A stretch of DNA of 64,000 nt from Candidatus Nanohaloarchaea archaeon. GTDB taxonomy: Archaea > Nanohalarchaeota > Nanosalinia > Nanosalinales > Nanosalinaceae. Shown piece after piece: positions 52,428 to 61,254 of this stretch; within the stretch, counting starts at the first letter, position 1, and every line of letters starts with the position of its first letter. Location: contig JBDGRK010000018.1 in NCBI GenBank assembly GCA_042218075.1, positions 1,388-65,387 on the forward strand. Direction: 5' to 3'. Below the pieces are notes generated by a model that was given only the letters and a program-made list of their open reading frames with translations, had not been told where the DNA came from and did not search any database. The translations under genes and the position numbers were made by a program.

Positions 52428-52706
52428 ATGGACTCAGAGGAAAAGAAAATAGCCATTCTGGCGAAACTTGCGAGGAAGAAAAAGTTAGGCATGAACTACA
52501 TCCCTAAAGAAAAGGCTTTCAGCAAGATTCCATCTCACGACCGCGGAAATCTTGACAGTATTCTCAAAGAAATGCGTAGAAACGGACTGATCGAATTTCA
52601 CAAGAACCGGAAATGTATTTCCATCAATCCCGGAGCAGTGCCTGAAGTTATCGAACCAATTGGCGAGGAAGTTCCTGATTATATCATCGAGAGACTGGAG
52701 AGCTAG
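52428..52706 (+). CDS. Small hypothetical protein, possibly wHTH
   Basis: ...LDSILKEMRRNGLIEFHKNRKCISINP. It is divergent from 52068-52346. Confidence 0.4.
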   Translation: MDSEEKKIAILAKLARKKKLGMNYIPKEKAFSKIPSHDRGNLDSILKEMRRNGLIEFHKNRKCISINPGAVPEVIEPIGEEVPDYIIERLES

Positions 52707-52892
52707 TCAAACCATATTTAACTTCTTCCTCGTAAAACTTCAACACTAATGAAAGGTGAATATTTTGGATTGTCGCAGGTTCCATCTGGAAGCTGCGTTG
52801 AGAAGCAGAATTCCTGCTTCGAATCGGCGATCAAGTAAAGTTTCTATAAAACCAGCTGTAGCTATAAAAACTTCTTCTCCGAGTGATTCTGC

Positions 52893-54602
52893 ATGAGGCT
52901 AGGCGAGAAAGTCACCGAGCTTTCGAAGAGAAGAGGCTTCTATTTCCATACCTCCGGGGCTTATGGTGGAGTCGGAGGCTTCCAGACTTTCGGTCCAGAG
53001 GGAGCAGAACTGAAGAGAAATATTGAAGACTCCTGGAGAGATAAGTTCTCGCGCGAGCTTGGAAACAGGGAGATTGAAGCTCCGACAATCATGCAGGAAG
53101 ACGTTTTCCGGGCTTCTGGCCACCTGGAGACTTTCGATGATATGATCATCGAGTGCCCGGAATGCGGAGAGTCCATCAGGGCAGACCACCTGGTCGAAGA
53201 CAACACCGGTATAGAGGAAGCGGAGAGCCTTTCGACGGAGAGAATAGAAGAGCTGATCTCCGGGCACGACATCAAGTGCGGCTCATGCGGCAATGAACTC
53301 TCGGAAATCGAGGTGGAAGACTTCAACCTGATGTTCGAGACTTCTATCGGTCCGGGAGATTCACAGCCCGGATACCTGAGGCCAGAGACAGCGCAGGGCA
53401 TCTTCGTTGAGTTTCCGCAGCTGAAAGAATACGAGAGAAACCAGCTCCCGTTTGGTATAACCCAGATAGGTAAGGCGTACAGGAACGAGATATCTCCGAG
53501 GAAAGGGCTTGTCAGGGTCAGGGAGCTGACTCAGGCAGAACTGGAAAAGTTCATCGATCCGGTGGAGGATGAACCGCCGCTTGAGGAGGTAGATGACGTG
53601 GAGCTTAAGCTCTATCCGCGTGAAAGACAGGGAGAAGGAGAACAGGATTACCTCAGGCTCACCGTTAGAGAGGCAGTCGAAGAGGAAGTTGTTGAGTCTG
53701 AGTGGATAGCCTACTACCTCGCTCACGCCAAGCTCTGGTTCGAGTCGATTGGAGTCGACATGGAAAGGTTCAGGTTCCGCCAGCACCTGGAGGACGAGCT
53801 CTCCCACTACTCGACGGACTGCTGGGACGCTGAATCACAGGTGGATGGAGACTGGATAGAGATCGCGGGATTCTCATACAGGGGGTGCTACGACCTTTCA
53901 AAGCACGAAAAGTATTCCCAAGATGACTTCAAAGTCTTCAAAGAATATGAAGAGCCGAGGGTCGAGAAAAGAGCGAAGGTGGATCCCGACATGGGCTGGC
54001 TTGGTCCAACTTACGGAGACCACGCTTCAGAGATAAGTGAAGAGCTAGAGAGGATGGTGGAGGAAGAGCCAGAAGTCTTCGAGAGGAATGAAGAGCTGAG
54101 GCTGGAGATTGACGGAAAGATGTTTGAAGTTCCGGTTGAGAAGACAGGCTTCAAGATAGAAGAAGTTAAGAAGAACGGCGAGCACATTCTGCCACACGTC
54201 GCGGAGCCTTCCTTCGGCATCGACAGGGCAGTCTACACTGTGCTTGGCCACGCCTACGACGAGGACGAGGTTGATGGAGAAGAACGGAAGGTGCTCAGGA
54301 TGTCGAATGATGTTGTGCCGACGCAAGTAGCTGTCTTTCCACTAATGGACAAGCCGGAGCTGAGTGAAAAAGCCAGAGAGGTCGAGCAAAAGCTGAGGAA
54401 TGCTGGATTCTCTGTGAAGTACGATGAGTCGGGAAGCATCGGAAAGCGCTACAGGAGGCAGGACGAGATCGGGACTCCTTTCTGCATCACCGTTGACTAC
54501 GAAACCCTTGAAGAGGAGCCGGAGACAGTCACTGTAAGGTACAGGGATTCGACAGAGCAGGAAAGAATAGACATCAGTAAACTCAAAGAATACCTGGAGT
54601 AA
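52893..54602 (+). CDS. glyS: Glycine--tRNA ligase (archaeal/eukaryal alpha2 type)
   Basis: LSKRRGFYFHTSGAYGGVGGFQTFGPEGAELKRNI..., GYLRPETAQGIFV, FGITQIGKAYRNEISPR. Confidence 0.9.
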   Translation: MRLGEKVTELSKRRGFYFHTSGAYGGVGGFQTFGPEGAELKRNIEDSWRDKFSRELGNREIEAPTIMQEDVFRASGHLETFDDMIIECPECGESIRADHLVEDNTGIEEAESLSTERIEELISGHDIKCGSCGNELSEIEVEDFNLMFETSIGPGDSQPGYLRPETAQGIFVEFPQLKEYERNQLPFGITQIGKAYRNEISPRKGLVRVRELTQAELEKFIDPVEDEPPLEEVDDVELKLYPRERQGEGEQDYLRLTVREAVEEEVVESEWIAYYLAHAKLWFESIGVDMERFRFRQHLEDELSHYSTDCWDAESQVDGDWIEIAGFSYRGCYDLSKHEKYSQDDFKVFKEYEEPRVEKRAKVDPDMGWLGPTYGDHASEISEELERMVEEEPEVFERNEELRLEIDGKMFEVPVEKTGFKIEEVKKNGEHILPHVAEPSFGIDRAVYTVLGHAYDEDEVDGEERKVLRMSNDVVPTQVAVFPLMDKPELSEKAREVEQKLRNAGFSVKYDESGSIGKRYRRQDEIGTPFCITVDYETLEEEPETVTVRYRDSTEQERIDISKLKEYLE

Positions 54603-54629
54603 AGGCTCTGAATACTTTTTCCCTTTCTT

Positions 54630-55388
54630 ATGAAGCCAGAAAACATCGCTCCCTTCTTGAAGGAAATCCTGAGATCGGGACGTGAACTTGAAGGAGGCCT
54701 GTATTCGAACCCAGAACTCTACGATGCAGTATATACTCTGGATGCGGATTACCCGATCCTGGAAAGTAAAGTCAGGCAGAATATTGAGAAGGGTTCTTCT
54801 ATTCTTTACATCGGCTGTGGTACGGGAAACCTGATAAGGAGGCTGGAGAACGACTACGAGATATTAGGAATTGACAGGAGCAGTCAGATGACAGATTACG
54901 CTTCAGAGAAAGTTGACTCTGAGATCAGAAATAAGAGTTCTTTCGAGATGGATTTTCATGAAGAATTCGACGCTGTGATACAGTTCGGTCTTTCTCTCAA
55001 CTATATACTTTCGGAAAGAGAGATGGAGAGTCACTTCAGAAAGATAGGGGAGGCACTGAAGGAAGGAGGAGTATATCTGGCGGATTTCTGGACTTTGCTT
55101 GATAAGGGATCAGGATGGAAGACAGAATACGAGCTGGAAGGAGTTGATCTAGTTGTAGGATACAGCTTTGAAGAACTTGAGCATTGCATGGAGATGGAGA
55201 TCAAGTTCAGGATTTCCTCCGATTTAGGTTCAGAGAAATTTAACAACACCCACAGGATAAGGAGCTGGGAGGTCGCGGAAATCAAGCAAATTCTGGAGCT
55301 TGGTGGGCTTGAGGCCGTTGGTTCCGAAAAACTGTACGATCACCATAACTTCAGACTCGTAGAGGCAACCAGAGATAAAACAGGTTGA
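54630..55388 (+). CDS. Class I SAM-dependent methyltransferase
   Basis: SILYIGCGTGNLIRRL (motif I), ...FDAVIQF.... Confidence 0.75.
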   Translation: MKPENIAPFLKEILRSGRELEGGLYSNPELYDAVYTLDADYPILESKVRQNIEKGSSILYIGCGTGNLIRRLENDYEILGIDRSSQMTDYASEKVDSEIRNKSSFEMDFHEEFDAVIQFGLSLNYILSEREMESHFRKIGEALKEGGVYLADFWTLLDKGSGWKTEYELEGVDLVVGYSFEELEHCMEMEIKFRISSDLGSEKFNNTHRIRSWEVAEIKQILELGGLEAVGSEKLYDHHNFRLVEATRDKTG

Positions 55389-55414
55389 TAAAGAAGGGAG
55401 TCGTAGATTCTGGT

Positions 55415-56374
55415 ATGGCTGAATGCTCAAAATGCGGGAAGGAATCGATGAGCTTCACCTGCAAGTACTGCGGTGAAAAATACTGCTCGGAGCACCGTCT
55501 TCCCGAGAAGCATGATTGCGATGGGCTGGAGGAAAAGCTGGAGGAGGAAAAAGAAAAAGAGGAAGACCAGTGGTTCCAGGAGAATAAGGTGAAGAATCCC
55601 GCTCCCTCCCGGACGGAAAGAGAGTTCAGGAAGCCCTCTATCAAGCGTGATCTCAAGGAAATAATCACGAGTAATGTAACACTGTCTATAATCGGCTTCA
55701 CTACTCTTGTTTTCGCGGTCCAGTCGATAATAAGCTCTTCACCGGGTTCACAGGCCTACAGTGCATTCTACAGTCTGCTGATTCTTGACCCGGCACTTTC
55801 GAGTGTCCTCGCGAAACCATGGACGCTTCTGACTGTAATGATACTCCACGGAGGGCTCTTCCACCTCTTCGCCAACATGGTAACATTCTACTTCTTCGGT
55901 TCGCCGATTGAAAGACTGGTGGGAGGTAAAAAGCTGCTGAAGTTTTACGCCGGAGCTGGACTTGCAGCCAGCCTTGGATTCGTGTTTTTCAGAAACCTGC
56001 TTTTCCTTCTACACGGTGAGGCACTGAGATGTATTGTACCGGGAGCCTGCGGAGGCATGGGCGTTCTGGGTCCGGCAGTAGGAGCTTCAGGTGCGGTGGT
56101 CGCGTGCTTTGCAGCGGTCTCAAGGCTTTATCCGGACGCAGAGGTGCTGCTCTACTTCATCATTCCACTGAAGATCAGGACAGCTTTCCTGCTTTTCGCC
56201 GGTTTCGAGGGAATAAACATGCTTGTGATGCTTCTCGGTTACACTGTTCCGATTGTAGGCGGTCTTGCTTTCTCAGCACATTTCACTGGTCTGATAGTCG
56301 GACTCTGGTTCGGAGAGAGGATAAAGAAGAAGGTGAATACAAGGAGTTCAAGGTTCGAGCTACTGGCGAGATAA
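55415..56374 (+). CDS. AN1-type zinc finger fused to a rhomboid-family intramembrane serine protease
   Basis: CSKCGKESMSFTCKYCGEKYCSEHRLPEKHDC (AN1), then HGGLFHLFANM and GASGAV (rhomboid catalytic motifs) within TM helices. Confidence 0.8.
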   Translation: MAECSKCGKESMSFTCKYCGEKYCSEHRLPEKHDCDGLEEKLEEEKEKEEDQWFQENKVKNPAPSRTEREFRKPSIKRDLKEIITSNVTLSIIGFTTLVFAVQSIISSSPGSQAYSAFYSLLILDPALSSVLAKPWTLLTVMILHGGLFHLFANMVTFYFFGSPIERLVGGKKLLKFYAGAGLAASLGFVFFRNLLFLLHGEALRCIVPGACGGMGVLGPAVGASGAVVACFAAVSRLYPDAEVLLYFIIPLKIRTAFLLFAGFEGINMLVMLLGYTVPIVGGLAFSAHFTGLIVGLWFGERIKKKVNTRSSRFELLAR

Positions 56375-56404
56375 ACTTAATAGATTTCATGTCACTGAAT
56401 ATCT

Positions 56405-56851
56405 GTGGGAAAAAGATTCGAAAATGCCGCTGCCGATGGCATCGAGAGTGTCGAAAACCCGGAGATAGAAGGAGTAAACGCAAATATAAGCTCTGGTTAT
56501 AATATTCTGGATGCTTATATTTCGATCTCCACTTTACTCAATGAGTTTAATTCTCCGACAATGGTAGTTGAGGCTAAAAATAATACATGCTACGAAGCGG
56601 GAGATAGAGCAATCGCAGAAATAAAGGGATATGAAGATTGTGGATTGTTCAATCTTATTTTCAAAAATTCAGAGGAACTTCCAGGTCTTTACAGTGGTGA
56701 AGAGCCTGAAGCAGTGGTTGAAGATCGAGATGGAGATATACAAAGCGGCCAGGTAGTATATTACCAGATTTTACCATATGAAATGGTTGAAAATGATCCA
56801 GTTCAAATCACAGGCGAAAATCCAATAGTCCAGAGATTTTTCTCGGATTAG
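56405..56851 (+). CDS. Hypothetical protein
   Basis: ORF only, with a non-ATG start. No motif recognised. Confidence 0.3.
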   Translation: MGKRFENAAADGIESVENPEIEGVNANISSGYNILDAYISISTLLNEFNSPTMVVEAKNNTCYEAGDRAIAEIKGYEDCGLFNLIFKNSEELPGLYSGEEPEAVVEDRDGDIQSGQVVYYQILPYEMVENDPVQITGENPIVQRFFSD

Positions 56852-57393
56852 GGAGTTACCCTTTCCACCTCGTAATAAGTCACCTGCCTCTCCGCGTCGA
56901 CCACCGCCCAGAGCATCGTTGCTCGAATATTGTGTGCGAGCCTCACCGCCCTTGACATCTCTTGGAAGCTGGTGTTGTAATCCTCAGGTACTGCATGCAC
57001 AATCCACTTGGTATGCTCGTGGTCTTCCTTCGGCCCGTCCTTGTAAGGATTGACTCCCCTTGGATAGACCCTGAAGTGGGCTCCGAACTTGAAACCTGTC
57101 TTCACAATAAAACCTCTCTCCCTGAGATCAGAGTAGGCAGCGTACTTGTGGTCGAACTCGTCATCCTCGCTCGAAAAACGGTGGTAAATCTCCTCCCTCT
57201 CCAGTTTTTCACCATCCTCAACTATCTCAAGCTCCTCCCTATCGACGAGGTGGAGCGCTTCAACGAACGAAAGCTCCAGGTATTCCTCATCGTCAATAAA
57301 CTTCCCGTAGTAAACCTCATCGTGTATCTTCTCCGCTTCTTCCTCGTCCCAGACCTTGACCTTGGTGTCAGAAATTTTGCCTTCTGCAGTCAT
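56848..57393 (-). CDS. endA: tRNA-splicing endonuclease EndA (about 181 aa, the single-subunit size class)
   Basis: ...YSDLRERGFIVKTGFKFGAHFRVYPRG...HTKWIVHAV.... Start taken at ATG 57393 (MTAEGKISD). Confidence 0.85.
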   Translation of the reverse strand: MTAEGKISDTKVKVWDEEEAEKIHDEVYYGKFIDDEEYLELSFVEALHLVDREELEIVEDGEKLEREEIYHRFSSEDDEFDHKYAAYSDLRERGFIVKTGFKFGAHFRVYPRGVNPYKDGPKEDHEHTKWIVHAVPEDYNTSFQEMSRAVRLAHNIRATMLWAVVDAERQVTYYEVERVTP

Positions 57394-57424
57394 AGCAGAA
57401 AAAACACAGTGAACTTTTAAATTG

Positions 57425-58107
57425 TCAGAACTCTCCGAGCCCGCTCTGCTCAGACTCATCGATCAGGTCCTGTGAGGTACTCCAGCTCAACCTTGCCTCC
57501 GGCGGGAGTTCGCCTTTCTCTTTCAGGTATTTCTTCAGGAATTCTCTCGTCGGCTTGTCATGCGGGTAGCCCGACTTGAAGTCGTAGCCGTACTTTTTCT
57601 GAAGTTTTTCTACATGCTCCTCCCTTGCCGACTTTGCCACTATGGAAGCTGCTGATACTATATCATATTCTTCATCTGCCCCGTGCTCCGCCACAAACTT
57701 CATATCCTTGAACTTAACCGGCAACTGGTCTTTCAGCTTCCGGATGAATCGGTCTCCATCCGGCTCCGGCAGATCCACAAATACTTCATCCGCATCCGAC
57801 CTCCTTATGACGTCAACAAAACCTTTAACCTCGATCTCGTTCAGGTTCATCACCTGGCTGAGCTCATCTATCTCCGAGGCCTCTATCTCTTTCAGGAAAG
57901 TCCTTCCAAGACCATCAAGCTGCTCTCTCAGTCTTTCCCTTTTCGAATCAGAAAGCTTCTTCGAATCTTTAACTCCAAGTTCGTCCAGTTCGTCCATTCG
58001 GGCCTCATCAACCATGAAGCCTCCAATAAACATCGAGCCGATGACGGGGCCTTTAGGCCAAACAAGACCGGAGATCCCGTTTATCTGCCTGCCTCGTCAA
58101 CGCCCAT
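57425..58107 (-). CDS. rnhB: Ribonuclease HII, coding sequence interrupted by a 32-nt insert after codon 8
   Basis: Exon-like piece 1 is MGVDEAGR (58107-58084), followed by TAA. Piece 2 is GPVIGSMFIGGFMVDE...DSKKLS...SAASIVAK...SGYPHD. The joined sequence gives the canonical DEAGRGPVIG catalytic N-terminus. Confidence 0.8.
58053..58084 (-). other. Candidate bulge-helix-bulge (BHB) intron in the rnhB mRNA
   Basis: GACGAGGC-AGGC-[AGA]-UAAAC...GUUUG-GCCU-[AAA]G-GCCCCGUC. This gives an outer helix, a 4-bp central helix, an inner helix and two bulges. Excision restores the frame. Confidence 0.45.
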
Positions 58108-58118
58108 GATCTTTTTAG

Positions 58119-59174
58119 TCACAAAACGATCACCCTTTTATCAGTCTCAACAGTTTCCCATTCGTGATTCTGTTTTTTTATAAGCCCTAGTTCCTCCAGA
58201 CGATATAGGTTTTTGTACGCAGATTTCTTTCTGACAGAGAAATATTCAGCTATTTCACTCACTTTAAGCGGATTATCTCTAAGGAGATCGAGGTAATCTG
58301 ACTTAACTTCAGAAATGATTATCGCATTTTGATCTTCTCTTATCCAGTATGTAGATCCCTCAGTTTTGTAGTTCATCGCTTTTCCTTCTTCCTTTAGAAG
58401 CATTAAGACATCGCATAACCGGGCCTGAGATCTATCAAATTTTTCAGCCAACTCTCTGGTTTGCCATGGCGTATCCAGAAGTTCGAGGACTTCTTCCTTT
58501 AATTGACCTTTCTGATAGTGTGTCTCCTGAAAGCTCTCATAAATTCTCCAAAACTTATTTCTCTTTCTTAGATGTAGTTTAACAAGATCTAAATCAGCAA
58601 ATATGTCCCAGTTTCTCTTCCTAGTTATTACGTAGGATCTGCTCTCGGCTTTGAAATTATAGTCCAATTCAAAATGATCTAACATAGTTTCTAAGAACTG
58701 GTTCTGCGCTCCTTGAGATATCCTTAATCTCCGACTATTTCTGGCTCCTTCATAGATGCTTCCCTCACCAGCAAAGAAACCCTGAAGAATATATTGATAC
58801 AGTTCAGAATCAGATTTTCCCTTTTCAACCGTATTCTTCCACTTTTTAACAAAATCAGTTGAAGCAAGCCGCAGCAGATAATATGTCTGAGTAGCTCTCT
58901 CATCAAAGTAAAATTTAGTTTTAGCTTTTTCCAGAGAGTTGTAATCAGATCCTTCATTAGGTCTATAGACATACAGTCTGAATCTATCAAGACCGGAAAA
59001 ATCCCGAATAGTTCTATAGAATAGCTCAACTAGTTCAAAGCAATTATTTGTGAAAGTAACCTCTCTTTCAGTTTTTGTATCTCCTTCAGCTAACCGAAGT
59101 CCTATACATCTAGCTGAATCTTTTTTCATGCCTGAAAATTCTTTAAACAGCTTAAAAAGACTATTTAATATCAT
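58119..59174 (-). CDS. Free-standing LAGLIDADG-family protein with C-terminal wHTH domains
   Basis: CIGLRLAEGDTKT and ILQGFFAGEGSIYEG motifs. AT-rich. C-terminus ...LKVSEIAEYFSVRKKSAYKNLYRLEELGLIKK. Confidence 0.7.
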   Translation of the reverse strand: MILNSLFKLFKEFSGMKKDSARCIGLRLAEGDTKTEREVTFTNNCFELVELFYRTIRDFSGLDRFRLYVYRPNEGSDYNSLEKAKTKFYFDERATQTYYLLRLASTDFVKKWKNTVEKGKSDSELYQYILQGFFAGEGSIYEGARNSRRLRISQGAQNQFLETMLDHFELDYNFKAESRSYVITRKRNWDIFADLDLVKLHLRKRNKFWRIYESFQETHYQKGQLKEEVLELLDTPWQTRELAEKFDRSQARLCDVLMLLKEEGKAMNYKTEGSTYWIREDQNAIIISEVKSDYLDLLRDNPLKVSEIAEYFSVRKKSAYKNLYRLEELGLIKKQNHEWETVETDKRVIVL

Positions 59175-59315
59175 TCCACTAGTTCCGTGAGAAAAACTAC
59201 TGTCTCAGAATAATGGCCTAACAAGTTCGAAAATGATAGGAAGATGTCTTAGCTTTTAGTTCGGCCAAGTGATAGTTTAAAAGAATAAACACCGACTCTA
59301 TTTTTTACACTCTAA

Positions 59316-59390
59316 AGCGGGGTGGAGCAGCCAGGAGTGCTCGTCGGGCTCATAACCCGGAGGTCCCAGGTTCAAATCCTGGCCCCGCTA
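59316..59390 (+). tRNA. Initiator tRNA-Met (CAU)
   Basis: AGCGGGGUGGAGCAGCCAGGAGUGCUCGUCGGGCUCAUAACCCGGAGGUCCCAGGUUCAAAUCCUGGCCCCGCUA. It has an A1:U72 pair and a GGG/CCC anticodon stem, both typical of archaeal initiators. Confidence 0.85.
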
Positions 59391-59401
59391 TTTCAATATA
59401 T

Positions 59402-59941
59402 TCATTTTACTTTAGGCTTGTTGCGGGCAATCTCGTAGAGTTTTGAATACCTGTCAATTAAAGAAACATTCAAATAATAAGATTCATCACAGTTCGGCCC
59501 TGTAATATTTGTATTAATATTTAGAGATTCCATCATAAGTTTAACATCCTTTAAACCGAGTTTATTAACAGATTTAATCCTCATTCTATTGTATTTCTGT
59601 TCGAAATGTCCTTCATCTCTAATAAAGGCTCTTAACCATTAGTATTTCTTTTCTTCAGGTAAATCTAGAATTTGCTCCGATATTCTCCAACAATTCGACA
59701 AAAATCTTTCAAATTTCTCCTGAATCTGTTTAACTATTCCTACAGATTTCACCTTTACTTCATTCCGGTGTCGATACATATCAACACCGTACATTTCCTT
59801 CATATCTTTCCTGAACTCTCTCAGATTTGTCTCATCTTTATTTGTATATATTACAATTGCTCTTCTTTTTCTATCATCTTCATTAGTTTTGTAGAATGAA
59901 ATATAACCGTCTCCACAAAGCCTTGCGTGTATTCCTACCAT
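59402..59941 (-). pseudogene. LAGLIDADG-family gene interrupted by one in-frame TAA (59639-59641)
   Basis: MVGIHARLCGDGYISFYK...LPEEKKY*WLRAFIRDEGHFEQKYNRMRIKSVNKLGL.... Both LAGLIDADG-like motifs are present, in a single frame. Confidence 0.6.
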
Positions 59942-60255
59942 TTATTCTTTCGTAAAGTAGAAAATGTAGATAAATTTTATAACTTGATTTTGCGGCTTTC
60001 CACTTGTTCCGGTAACTTTAAGCTATCTTCCAGGTAAAATAATCTATGAAACTTATATTTAGAACGAATTAAGAATGAAAATCATCTTTTCAATTGAAAT
60101 AGCATTTTTAAGCATATTATAATGGCTATGAAATTGATCTGAACATTCGAAGGATTGAGCGCTTGTATCCGTTAGTTTAAATAAAGGTTGTGATCGAGTA
60201 TAATGTTGTAGGGGAATGATTCTTGAGGGGAGTGAAAAATGAAAAATGATCGATC

Positions 60256-60612
60256 ATGAAGAAGCTAGGAAACATCTTAATTGAGGTAATGCAGGATCTC
60301 TCCAGGATTTCTACAAACGGTTCAGCCTATGTTAAAGTCAACAATCACATATGCGACCCCGAGAGATTTGAGCAGCTATTCAATTATTTTTCCAGAGGGA
60401 CGATACTGGAAAGACTTGAGATTGAAGTAGATTCTCTCGAAACCAAGATGGAGTGTGCGTGCGGTTTCGAAGAGAAAGTGGAGGAAGCCGACCACAACGG
60501 ATACGATCGATGTCCTTCATGCGGAAGGTTCGCGGACATCAAGCAGGAAAACTATCGGCTGGAGAAACCCAACCCGGAAAGAGCGGGGAGAAGGGATAGC
60601 ATCCGTTTCTAG
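60256..60612 (+). CDS. HypA-like zinc-finger protein
   Basis: ...FNYFSRGTILERLEIEVDSLETKMECACGFEE...CPSCG matches the HypA layout, but the N-terminal MHE nickel site is absent. Confidence 0.5.
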   Translation: MKKLGNILIEVMQDLSRISTNGSAYVKVNNHICDPERFEQLFNYFSRGTILERLEIEVDSLETKMECACGFEEKVEEADHNGYDRCPSCGRFADIKQENYRLEKPNPERAGRRDSIRF

Positions 60613-60647
60613 GGATTAAAGATTTCGGAAACCTGATAGTAATTAAA

Positions 60648-60944
60648 ATGGTTCAGGCCTGGAGTCAGCAGGATCAAGATTCTGGAGGAATGACCGGTTC
60701 TAGATGGGAGGATTATGATGTTATTCTGGTGAAACTGGAAAACGGAAGCAACTTGGAAATAATAGAAGCTCTGGAACAGACTAGTATGCCTGAATACTTT
60801 ATAGGGGAAGCGGAAACAGATGATTATGACAGCAGGGTGGCCCTGAAGGGAAGATACACGGATGATTTAATCGATGAACTTGCTGCCAGGGAAGAAGTTC
60901 TGGATGCGAGGGAATTCTCCCTGCTCGAGGGAAATACTGTTTAA
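60648..60944 (+). CDS. Hypothetical acidic protein
   Basis: ORF only. Confidence 0.35.
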   Translation: MVQAWSQQDQDSGGMTGSRWEDYDVILVKLENGSNLEIIEALEQTSMPEYFIGEAETDDYDSRVALKGRYTDDLIDELAAREEVLDAREFSLLEGNTV

Positions 60945-60985
60945 AAGAGTTGGAAAGCCCAATTTATTTATCCTGATGAAACTTT

Positions 60986-61166
60986 GGGCCGGTAGCTCAG
61001 CCTGGCAGAGCACTAGGCTCTTACGCCTCATAGTGCGGATGAGCATCGCATTCGATTATTCTGGGACTCGAGCCGAAGGGCGAGAGTGGACCGCAGTTGA
61101 CCCAGAAGTCGAAGCGAACTGGCTTAGGATACCTAGCCGTCGCGGGTTCAAATCCCGTCCGGCCCA
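60986..61166 (+). tRNA. tRNA-Lys (CUU) with a 107-nt intron at the canonical 37/38 position (61024-61130)
   Basis: GGGCCGGUAGCUCAGCCUGGCAGAGCACUAGGCUCUUA[intron]ACCUAGCCGUCGCGGGUUCAAAUCCCGUCCGGCCCA. Confidence 0.85.
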
Positions 61167-61254
61167 ACTCCAGTTGAATCGGCGCCCAAACCATGCTCCG
61201 CATCGCTTCCAGTTACTTCCAACTTGAAAAGTCAAGAGTTCCAATTTTTATCTC

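Noticed and set aside
52780-52830. A 7-bp hairpin GAAGCAG-AATTC-CTGCTTC upstream of glyS, considered as a T-box-like or regulatory element.
   Set aside because: It is too short and isolated to support any call. T-box leaders are bacterial and much larger.
60874-61244. ORFs 60874-61227 (+), 61021-61203 (-) and 61056-61244 (-).
   Set aside because: They overlap the tRNA-Lys gene and its structured intron, and they are GC-rich RNA sequence rather than coding sequence.
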